Position numbers and translations under genes: made by a program
Origin: Macrostomum hystrix
Lineage: Eukaryota; Animalia; Platyhelminthes
Direction: 5' to 3'
Assembly (NCBI GenBank): GCA_950097015.1
Contig: CATNEN010000041.1
Span: forward strand, 1,054,001 to 1,118,000
Length of the DNA stretch: 64,000 nucleotides
The notes under the pieces: model-generated
Databases searched by the model: none
What the model was told of the DNA's origin: nothing
What the model saw: the letters and a program-made list of their open reading frames with translations, nothing else
Shown here: positions 37,055 to 47,480 of the stretch, in pieces
Numbering within the stretch: the stretch's first letter is position 1
Layout of the letters: each line of letters opens with the position of its first letter

Positions 37055-38249
37055 CTAAACCGGGCCCAGCTGCAGAGCGGCGTGGCTCAGGCATTCGGCC
37101 TCGACCAAGAAGTGCTCGGCCAGCTGCCGGCCCGCCAAGCCACCGAAGGCGCCGCCCCGCAGCACGCAGACGACCCAGTCGCCGTCGTGCCGACCGTCGA
37201 AGTCCTCCAGGCCGACGTGCAGCAGCGTCCGGCAGAGCTCGGCCTGTCGCCGGGGCACCTCGAGCCAGATCCGCCTGGGTGACGCGGCCGCGCTGAGCGC
37301 CAGGCGGCCCAGCAGCCGCTTCAGGTTGGCGGCGGTCAGCAGCTGGCAGGGCCGGCCACAGCAGGCGGGACGAAGCAGCCGAAGCTCTACCAGCATGATG
37401 CAGCCGTCCCACATGCAGTAGGTGAGGGCCGCGGTGCCCTGCAAGCGGCAGTCGCAGGCCGAGCAGGTCAGGGCGAACCGGCGGCCGGCCTCGACTCCGC
37501 CGGCCAGGCGGCTGTCGCAGTCGCGCAGCTCCAGGCTGATGCCGGCCGGCAGGGGGCGGCGACCGGCCTGCAGAGTCGAGTTCACGAACTTGGTCGGCCA
37601 CAGCTCGAAGAAGCCGAGGTCCTCCGTGTCGGTCAGGAACTCGAATCCCAGGCGCCTGTAGCAGTTCACGGCAGGCTGGTTGGTCCGCTGGACCAGCAGC
37701 TTCAGGTGGCCGAAGCCCGAGGCCTGCGAAAGCTTTGCCACCGTGGCCATCAGCGACTGCCCTACCTGGGGTGAAATTTGATTCAATCGGGAAAACTTGA
37801 GACTATACTCTGGTCAACAGTCTTGCACAGGCTTATTGGAGATGCAGCAGACAGTTGAGGAGAGAGCAGACAGGTGAGGGATGGAACAGACAGGTGAGGG
37901 ATGGAACAGACAGATGAGGGATGTGAAGGTAGAAATGAAAGATTCACTGTACCCGGTGCCGCCTGTAGTCGATCTCTACGAAGAGGCTTTGCACGTAGAA
38001 GCCGGGCTCGGGCAGGTCCAGCATGTGGGACTGGGTGTACAACAGGAAGCCAGCCAGCCTGTCGAATTTCTCATCAACAGCCACCAGGAGGCGGAGCAGG
38101 CCGGCCTGCAGCATTCGCCGGTGCTCAGCGCAGTCGATTCGGCAGTAAAGCTGCATGCCGCTGTGGCTGTTGGCCAGCTCCAGCTCCTGGTTGGCCACGG
38201 ACTCGATGTCATCCGCTGTGCCGCGTCTGATTCGTATCATGGTTTCCAT
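37055..38249 (-). CDS. GNAT-C: tandem SSAT-like acetyltransferase, about 335 aa; exons 38249-37953 and 37765-37055
   Basis: IRIRRGTADD...LAGFLLY...GFYVQSLFVEIDYRRHR|VGQSLMATVAKLS...NCYRRLGF...LTYCMWDG; GT-AG phase-0 intron at the shared position. Confidence 0.85.
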
Positions 38250-38339
38250 GGCAACAGGTGGGCCCGGGTAGCGGTCAGCTGAAGTGGCGAGTTGGATTTA
38301 TATTTTGGGAATGCAAGGTTTAGCTACAATTGATCATGG

Positions 38340-38500
38340 AACCTGATTTGGGTCATTGGACCTGATTTGGGTCATTGGACCTGAGGTGGAACATGGGACC
38401 TGAGGTAGGTCATGGGACCTGAGGTGTGTCATGGGACCTGAGGTGGGTCATCGGACCTAAGGTGGGTCATGGGTCCTGAAGTGGGTCATGGGACCTGACG
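38340..38500. repeat. About 19-bp repeat (GGGACCTGAGGTGGGTCAT) upstream of GNAT-C; same family as 39565-39815
   Basis: Direct inspection. Confidence 0.85.
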
Positions 38501-39050
38501 TGAGTCTTTGCTCACCTCACGTGCGAATCCCACTGATCCCCATCAGCCGTGAATCCCACAGAACCTTAGTTGTGCACTAGACAGACCAAAGAATGCAAGT
38601 CAGGAAGCCACAAATGAGAGGTCTAGCTTAGTAGACGTGCTTTATAAGAGAATTAAGCAAGTTCACAGCAGAAGTCCAATAGCGGTACGCTGAACAGTGC
38701 TGCCCTGGACGGCAAACGTGAAGAATACAAAAGCTGCTTGAAATGGTCAAGACAAAAGTCTGCAGCAGCAGGTAAGAGGTCTAACAATGGACACTATACC
38801 AATAAAGTAAAAAGCACCAACTATACAGATGTACTTACATGTGTACCTTGAAAATGTAACTATCACAATGAAAACGGAAGAAAATCTGGTGCTAACGTAA
38901 AGCTAAGGGCGACAGTCCTGCCATAAGGACACAAATGATTTATGTCTATGCAGTTCGAGATTGAAGCGATTGTTTACCTAGCTGAATCCCAGAGTAGCAG
39001 GCGTGAATTCAGGGAGGGTGGGCGCGCAGCCAATCAGGAACCTCCGAAAC

Positions 39051-39518
39051 TCAGGCGGCAACCAAGAAGTGCTCGGCCAGCTGCCAGTCGGCCAGGTCGC
39101 TGAGGGCGCCGCCTCGCCATGCGCCCTACATAAAGTCGTGGTCGTGCCGACCGTCAAAGTCCTCCAGGCCGACGTGCAGCAGCGTCCGGCAGAGCTCGGC
39201 CTGTCGCCGGGGCACCTCGAGCCAGATCCGCCTGGGTGACGCGGCCGCGCTGAGCGCCAGGCGGCCCAGCAGCCGCTTCAGGTTGGCGGCGGTCAGCAGC
39301 TGGCAGGGCCGGCCACAGCAGGCGGGACGAAGCAGCCGAAGCTCTACCAGCATGATGCAGCCGTCCCACATGCAGTAGGTGAGGGCCGCGGTGCCCTGCA
39401 AGCGGCAGTCGCAGGCCGAGCAGGTCAGGGCGAACCGGCGGCCGGCCTCGACTCCGCCGGCCAGGCGGCTGTCGCAGTCGCGCAGCTCCAGGCTGATGCC
39501 GGCCAGCAGGGGGCGGCG
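39051..39518 (-). pseudogene. GNAT-D: 5'-truncated copy containing only domain 2, with a premature TAG
   Basis: Near-identical to GNAT-B/C from RRPLxAGISLELRDCDS to GLEDFDGRHD. An in-frame TAG lies at 39128-39126 where the paralogs read DWVVC, and the copy ends in the B-type EHFLVAA*. No domain-1 exon is present upstream. Confidence 0.8.
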
Positions 39519-39564
39519 TGCAGGGGAAATGCATTGTTTAGCTAAAATATATCACATATCCGAG

Positions 39565-39815
39565 GTGGGTCATGGGACCTGAGGTGGGTCAGAGGACCTG
39601 AGGTGGGTCATGGGACCTGAGGTGGGTCAGAGGATCTGAGGTGGGTCAGAGGACCTGAGGTGGGTCAGAGGACCTGAGGTGGGTCATCGTACCTGAGGTG
39701 GGTCATGGGACCTGAGGTGGATCATAGGACCTGAGGTGGGTCATGGGACCTGAGGTGGATCATAGGACCTGAGGTGGGTCAGAGGACCTGAGGTGGGTCA
39801 TTGGACTTGAGGTGG
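39565..39815. repeat. 19-bp minisatellite (GGTGGGTCATGGGACCTGA), about 13 copies
   Basis: Periodicity visible directly in the sequence. Confidence 0.93.
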
Positions 39816-40554
39816 GGACATAAAGTGTGTGTACTAATATACTAATACACTCACTAATCACTAATACACTTCCTGACGATCTTCCTAATTTTGAAATGGT
39901 AAATTGATAAGATAAATAAAAAATTAAATTTTCTATGCCACTATTGTTGCCAGTTAGCTTACCTTAGCTTCATCGCTTCTCTCAGGAAAGATCGTAACAC
40001 GCCCGGTTTGTCGGTCAAGATTTTCCGGTCTGGCTCTGTGGGAGGTCAACTGTTGTCTGTAAGTCTTCTCTTTAAAAGTGGGTGGCTTGGATTGTATGCG
40101 GCTCAACTTGAAATGCTGGACTTTTATTTTCTACTGTCTTACCCGATGAATCCAGTAAGCAGGCAATGACAGTGCATGACAATGTGCTACAAAAACTGCT
40201 CAGTGTAGAACAATTTTAGATGCAATATATTTTTTCGAGAAGTTTGAGACTCTATAAAGACATTTTTGAGTTCCTAAGGTCTAAGGCGTCTCGAATTGGT
40301 CTAAAGATTCCGAAAAGCGGTTTGAGTCTGTAAAGTGTCTATCATCTCAAAGGCTTCTATTGAGTCTCGAATATGGCTTAGAAGGGGCTGAAGTTTCTGT
40401 AGGGTCTGAGCAGTGTCTCAAAATGGTCTCGGCGCTTGAGTATAAAGAAATCATAAAAATAGTCTCACTGCGCCTCTGGCGTCTCAAAATATGCTGGAAA
40501 TAGGCTGAGAATAGTTTTCCCAGTACCACCCACCCCTGATTGTTCACTAGCTGA

Positions 40555-40975
40555 TAGCCTGAAAGCCCCACCCCAACACCCACCCCCAATTGTACACTAG
40601 CCGATAGCCTGAAAGCCCTGCCCTAACACCCACCCCCAATTGTACACTAGCCGATAGCCTGAAAGCCCTGCCCTAACACCCACCCCCAATTGTACACTAG
40701 CCGATAGCCTGAAAGCCCTGCCCTAACACCCACCCCCAATTGTACACTAGCCGATAGCCTGAAAGCCCTGCCCTAACACCCACCCCCAATTGTACACTAG
40801 CCGATAGCCTGAAAGCCCTGCCCTAACACCCACCCCCAATTGTACACTAGTCGATAGCCTAAAAGCCCTGCCCTAACACCCACCTCCAATTGTACACTAG
40901 TCGATAGCCTAAAAGCCCCACCCCAACACCCACCCCCAATTGTACACTAGCCGATAGCCTGAAAACCCACCCCAA
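40555..40975. repeat. 50-bp tandem repeat, about 8 copies
   Basis: GAAAGCCCTGCCCTAACACCCACCCCCAATTGTACACTAGCCGATAGCCT repeated. Confidence 0.95.
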
Positions 40976-41533
40976 ATATTCGGCTGTAGTCTCGATTGAG
41001 CAGTGTTATAAGATGATTTTGAGTATTTTTATGCCAGTGTGTTTGACATTTTGTATTCAAAAGCTGCTGAAGCGTCTTGACTCTCATAACCTTTGAAATT
41101 GCTATAATATGAGTGAATTGAGCCATGGCATAGCAACCGTTGCAGCATGATTAGCTCGTTGGTGGTTCTTTTATTGAACTTTTTATTGAACATGCTCGCC
41201 CATGCTAACAGGTGGGAATATGAAACTAATTTTATCGCTGAGTCAATGGAATATTTTAAACAGAAGGCACTAGAAAAAAAGTGCATCAAAAATTAACATT
41301 TAAACTTAAAGCTCATAATCTTTAAAGCAAAAGCATTCCCTAGAAATTAAGATAATAAATATTGCGGGCTTAGAATCGATAAGACCTAAAAACTTTTCCG
41401 TTATTACGAAATATGTATATCTATTTGAATAAACACTAGCATTAAAATCTTATTGCCCGACAGAAATCTTTCAGCGAATAAGAATAGTCGATTAGCGATA
41501 ATCAAATCTCCAAGCAAATCAGCGCAAGAGCCA

Positions 41534-42170
41534 CTCAGTCAGCCAATCAGCGTATGATCGACCCAGTCAACCAATTAGCGTATGATCGACCCAGTCAGCC
41601 AATCAGCGTATGGTCGATCCAGTCAGCCAATCAGCGTATGATCGACCCAGTCAGCCAATCAGCGTATGATCGACCCAGTCAGCCAATCAGCGTATGATCG
41701 ACCCAGTCAGCCAATCAGCGTATGGTCGATCCAGTCAGCCAATCAGCGTATGATTGACCCAGTCAGCCAATCAGCGTATGATCGACCCAGTCAGCCAATC
41801 AGCGTATGATCGACCCAGTCAGCCAATCAGCGTATGATCGACCCAGTCAGCCAATCAGCGTATGGTCGATCCAGTCAGCCAATCAGCGTATGATTGACCC
41901 AGTCAGCCAATCAGCGTATGATCGACCCAGTCAGCCAATCAGCGTATGATCGACCCAGTCAGCCAATCAGCGTATGATCGACCCAGTCAGCCAATCAGCG
42001 TATGATCGACTCAGTCAGCCAATCAGCGTATGATCGACTCAGTCAGCCAATCAGCGTATGATCGACCCAGTCAACCAATTAGCGTATGGTCGACTCAGTC
42101 AGCCAATCAGTGTATGATTGACCGAGTCAGCCAGTTAGAGTATGACCCATTCAGTCAGCAAATCAGCACA
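41534..42170. repeat. 28-bp minisatellite (CAGTCAGCCAATCAGCGTATGATCGACC), about 22 copies, nearly all carrying a CCAAT-box consensus
   Basis: Periodicity visible directly in the sequence. Confidence 0.95.
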
Positions 42171-42276
42171 TGACCGTCAGCCATGCGCAATCAGCGCTTG
42201 ACTCCCAATCAGCCGGCCAGTCAGCGAATGCCCCAGTTAACCAGCAAATCAGCGCCAGACGCAGTAAGCCAGCCAT

Positions 42277-44875
42277 TCAGACGCCAGTCCGCACTCCAAG
42301 TGCCCAGCAGTCGGTCAGGTCCGGGTGCAGCCGGCAGGCAAGCGGCAGGCTGGCCAGTTGGTCCAGTGGCTTGCCATCCAGCAGGCAGATGAGCCAGTGC
42401 TCATTGGTGGAGTTGTCCTCGAAACCGGACCGGATCAGTAGGTTGTCCAGGCCGCCGGACTTTGGGCCGCCCCGGACCGCCTCAACCCAAAGACATCTGG
42501 GCTGCTGCTGCTGCTCAGCAATAGGCGCCACAGAGTCAATTAGCCTACCAATTAAGCAGGCGAGAGAAGAGGACGAAACCGCGCCGCATTCAGAGGCCGA
42601 GTCGCAAGCAGGACGAACGGCGGACATGTCCATCTGGCGGTTTGATACCGATGAAATTTAATGGCAGACATTGATTGAAGCGTATCCAAACCGCACAGAA
42701 GGCAGCCTGTGCCATTGTGAAGGGTCTCGAACCGCACAGAGGGCGGCCTGTGCCATTGTGAAGGGTCTCGAACCACACAGAGGGCAGCCCCATTGTGAAG
42801 GGTCTCAAACCACACAGAGGGCAGCCTGTGCCAATGTGAAGGGTCTCGAACCGCACAGAGGGCAGCCTGTGCCAATGTGAAGGGTCTCAAACCGCACAGA
42901 GGGCAGCCTGTGCCAATGTGAAGGGTCTCGAACCGCACAGAGGGCGGCCTGATCCACTGGCAAAGCAGCGCTCACCTGTAGCACAGGTCCCTGCCACATG
43001 CAGTAGGTGAGGGCAGCGGCGCCCCGCAGGCGGCAGTCGCAGGCTGAGCAAGTCAGCTCGAAGCGCCTGCCGTCGCCGGCGTCACCGTCAGAAGGCCGCA
43101 GCCGCAGACTGATACCGTCTGGTAGCGGCTGCAGACCGGCGGCGGCGAATCCAGCAACGAAATCCTCGTCGATCACCTCAAAGAAGGCGACGTCCTCGGC
43201 CTCGGTCAGCACCTGGAAGCCGAGGCGCCGGTACCAGTCGACTGCGCTGTTGTCACCCTGGACAATCAGCTTGAGGTGGCCGCATCCCGTTGCCACCGCC
43301 TGACGAGCCAGCGCGATCAGCAATGATTTGCCCACCTACAATTTATTCACAATCAGTGCTTCTCTACTACTAATAGCAGTGTGATCCATGCCCACTATCA
43401 CACCTGACACCCATGCCCACTCTCACACCTGACACCCATGCCCACTATCACACCTGACACCCATGCCCACTCTCACACCTGACACCCATGCCCACTATCA
43501 CACCTGACACCCATGCCCACTATCACACCTGACACCCATGCCCACTCACACACCTGAGACCCATGCCCACTCTCACACCTGAGACCCATGCCCACTCTCT
43601 CACCTGACACCTAAGACCCATGCCCACTCACACACCTGACACCATGCCCACTCTCTCACCTGACACCTAAGACCCATGCCCACTCTCACACCTGAGACCC
43701 GTGCCCACTCTCACACCTGACACCCATGCCCACTCTCTCACCTGACACCTAAGACCCATGCCCACTCTCACACCTGAGACCCATGCACACTCTCACACCT
43801 GAGACCCATGCCCACTCACACACCTGACACCCATGCCCACTCTCTCACCTGACACCTAAGACCCATGCCCACTCTCTCACCTGACACCTAAGACCCATGC
43901 CCACTCTCACACCTGAGACCCATGCCCACTCACACACCTGACACCCATGCCCACTCTCTCACCTGACACCTAAGACCCATGCCCACTCTCACACCTGAGA
44001 CCCATGCCCACTCTCACACCTGAGACCCATGCCCACTATCACACCTGACACCCATGCCCACTCACACACCTGACACCCATGCCCACTCTCTCACCTGACA
44101 CCTAAGACCCATGCCCACTCTCACACCTGAGACCCATGCCCACTCTCACACCTGAGACCCATGCCCACTCACACACCTGACACCCATGCCCACTCTCTCA
44201 CGTGACACCTGAGACCCATGCCCACTCACACACCTGACACCCATGCCCACTCTCTCACCTGACACCTGAGACCCATGCCCACTCTCACACCTGAGACCTA
44301 TGCACACTCTCACACCTGAGACCCATGCCCACTCACACACCTGACACCCATGCCCACTCTCACACCTGAGACCCATGCACACTCTCACAGCTGACACCTG
44401 AGACCCATGCCCACTCTCACACCTGAGACCCATGCACACTCACACACCTGACACCTGAGACCCATGCCCACTCACACACCTGACACCTGAGACCCATGCC
44501 CACTCTCACACCTGACACCTGAGACCCATGCCCACTGACCTGCAGTCCGCGATGACCCTGGCAGACGTAGATGGCCTGCAGGTACAGTCCGGGCCGGTCA
44601 TGCCTGTCTGAGTGCGAAGAGGTGTACAGGGCGAAACCCGCCGGCCGGCTGCCATCTTCGAAGGCGACCTCGGCGACCAGCAGGCGGGCCAGGCCGGACT
44701 GCAGTGCCTGGCGGTGGTCCGCGGCCTGCATGCTGCAGAACTGCAGCATACCGTCGTGATTGGCGGCCATGTCGCGAACGTGATGGGCCACAAACTCGGC
44801 GTCCTCGTCTGGCCGTCCGGGTCGGATCAGCAGCGGCTCCTGCGGCGTGGAGCTTGTTGAATTTGTGGACGACAT
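42277..44875 (-). CDS. GNAT-E: most divergent tandem SSAT-like acetyltransferase, about 350 aa; exons 44875-44540, 43335-42976, 42633-42277
   Basis: LLIRPGRPDED...PAGFALY...GLYLQAIYVCQGHRGLQ|VGKSLL...DNSAVDWYRRLGF...LTYCMWQGPVLQ|MDMSAVRP...EHWLICLL; all introns are GT-AG phase 0. Confidence 0.85.
42700..42952. repeat. 41-bp tandem repeat, about 6 copies, in GNAT-E intron 2
   Basis: GAGGGCAGCCTGTGCCATTGTGAAGGGTCTCGAACCGCACA repeated. Confidence 0.9.
43388..44535. repeat. About 25-bp minisatellite (CCCATGCCCACTCTCACACCTGAGA) filling GNAT-E intron 1
   Basis: Direct periodicity; begins immediately after the donor. Confidence 0.95.
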
Positions 44876-44967
44876 TGCGCACTGCGTGTGCACTGCTGCT
44901 GGCTGAAGATCAGGAATACTCAGTAGTGAAAATGGATAGCCAAAATAAATGCATTGCTAAACTATAC

Positions 44968-45340
44968 CTATGGATTGCTAGACTATACCAATGGATTGCT
45001 AGACTATACCAATGGATTGCTAGACTATACCAATGGATTGCTAGACTATACCAATGGATTGCTAGACTATACCAATGGATTGCTAGACTATACCAATGGA
45101 TTGCTAGACTATACCAATGGATTGCTAGACTATACCAACGGATTGCTAGACTATACCAATGGATTGCTAGACTATACCAATGGATTGCTAGAATATACAT
45201 ATGGATTGCTAGACTATAGAGATGGATTGCTAGACTATACCAATGGATTGCTAGACTATACCAATGGATTGCTAGAATATACATATGGATTGCTAGACTA
45301 TACCAATGGATTGCTAGACTATACTAATGGATTGCTATAC
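44968..45340. repeat. 21-bp minisatellite (GGATTGCTAGACTATACCAAT), about 18 copies
   Basis: Periodicity visible directly in the sequence. Confidence 0.95.
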
Positions 45341-45799
45341 CAATATAGTTCTCGTTTTTCATTTTCTATTACTTTGAGTAACAAAATTTTAATAAGTAAA
45401 GGAAAACGCAAAAGAAACTAACTCACGAAAGCAGCCGACAAGTCAAAAAAGGAAAAGATTAAACGCAGAAAACGTTTTCTAACTTTTTCTATTTACTTCT
45501 AATCAGGTGGTGAATGTTGAAGCTTGATAAAGGCAGCAAAACAAGCAAGATACCGAGGGCTTTTTCAACATGAAACAAAATAACGATAAGCAAACGAAGG
45601 TCTGAAAACATTACAGAACAAAACTATTGACGAACGATGTGTCGCACGCTATTCGTCTTTTTTCAACTGACAAAAAAATAGACGATGGATGAACGCGAAA
45701 ATAACGTAACCTATGCTGGGACTTTAAGAAGGAGATAAGATTGAGCCAATCATACAGCACGGCAAGCTGACTTTGCAGAGCTTGGGACAAAAGCAAAAC

Positions 45800-46590
45800 C
45801 CGGAAGCTGCAGGTAGGGAAGCCCAGTTCCGGGGCGGGCAGCCGGAAGCTGCAGGTAGGGAAGCCCAGTTCCAGGGCGGGTAGCCGGATGCTGCAGGTAT
45901 GGAAGCCCAGTTACAGGGCGGGTAGCCGGATGCTGCAGGTAGGGAAGCCCAGTTCCAGGGAGTGTAGCTGATGCTGCAGGTAGGGAAGCCCAGTTCCAGG
46001 GCGGGCAGCCGGAAGCTGCAGGTAGGGAAGCCCAGTTCCGGGGTGGGCAGCCGGAAGCTGCAGGTAGGGAAGCCCAGTTCCAGGGCGGGCAGCCGGAAGC
46101 TGCAGGTAAGGAAGCCCAGTTCCATGGCGGGCAGCCGGAAGCTGCAGGTAGGGAAGCCCAGTTCCAGGGCGGGCAGCCGGAAGCTGCAGGTAGGGAAGCC
46201 CAGTTCCAGGGCGGGCAGCCGGAAGCTGCAGGTAGGGAAGCCCAGTTCCAGGGCGGGCAGCCGGATGCTGCAGGTAGGGAAGCCCAGTTCCATGGCGGGC
46301 AGCCGGAAGCTGCAGGTAGGGAAGCCCAGTTCCAGGGCGGGCAGCCGGAAGCTGCAGGTAGGGAAGCCCAGTTCCAGGGTGGGCAGCCGGATGCTGCAGG
46401 TAGGGAAGCCCAGTTCCATGGCGGGCAGCCGGAAGCTGCAGGTAGGGAAGCCCAGTTCCAGGGCGGGCAGCCGGAAGCTGCAGGTAGGGAAGCCCAGTTC
46501 CAGGGTGGGCAGCCGGATGCTGCAGGTAGGGAAGCCCAGTTCCATGGCGGGCAGCCGGAAGCTGCAGGTAGGGAAGCCCAGTTCCGGGGT
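45800..46590. repeat. 42-bp GC-rich minisatellite, about 19 copies, containing CTGCAG|GTAGGG
   Basis: GGGAAGCCCAGTTCCAGGGCGGGCAGCCGGAAGCTGCAGGTA repeated. Confidence 0.95.
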
Positions 46591-47269
46591 AGGGTGGCTT
46601 TCCAAGAAAAAACCCGAGCTCACATTGAGTGCGCAGTCTAATAAACAAGACTCAAATATATGTAAGTGCATTTATGTTGATTTGAGCAGCAAAAAATGCG
46701 CGCGCACCGCAGACTAACAAAAAGATGACATCGACTAAAGAAATGCAACTTTGCGCCAATGGATTTCTACATCCGTACAAAATGTTTCTTCAGCTCTTCA
46801 TCTAGAGACATTTTTCTTGTATCTCGGGCTGATAAAATACAATTTCACTCTAATGAAGAAATAAACAAATATATAAATGTAATAAGCCGGCATCCAATGC
46901 AATGAAGCGGCTCTGCTATAGATAAAGGCTTGGTGTAAAAAGTGGTACAAAATATTTATTGATATTTGTTAAAGAAGAGGCCGCGAAAATGCTTTTTAAA
47001 GCAGCGCCATCTGCGCACACAGGTAAAATGTGCGATTGCTTCTACTGCAAGATAAAACTGGGCTGGAAGTTGGGCAACAGGCAACCGCGCCGGTTGGGAT
47101 CAATTTGTTAACTGGGAGAATTTAACGGAAGCAACGAGAAACTGACAAAACGGAAGAACAGCAAATAAACCGTGAGGAAACTAAACGGCTGCTCCAAGAT
47201 ATGTGGAAAAAGCTTATAAAACTTAAGGGATATTTGGGGGAACAGCTTATAAATTATGATAATATTTTA

Positions 47270-47480
47270 GGGAATAGCCTAGCAAAGTACGGGGATATTT
47301 AGGGAAACGGCCGACTAAAGTATGGGGAAATTAGGGGAAATAGCCTACCTAACTATGGGGATATTTGGGAAAATAGCCTAGCAAAGTACGGGGATATTTA
47401 GGGAAAGGGCCGACTAAAGTATGGGGATATTAGGGGAGATAGCCTACCAAGGTATGGGGATATTTGGCGGAATAGCCTAC
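47270..47480. repeat. Degenerate about 33-bp repeat with an approximately 100-bp higher-order period
   Basis: GCCTAGCAAAGTACGGGGATATTTAGGGAAA recurs about 100 bp apart. Confidence 0.7.
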
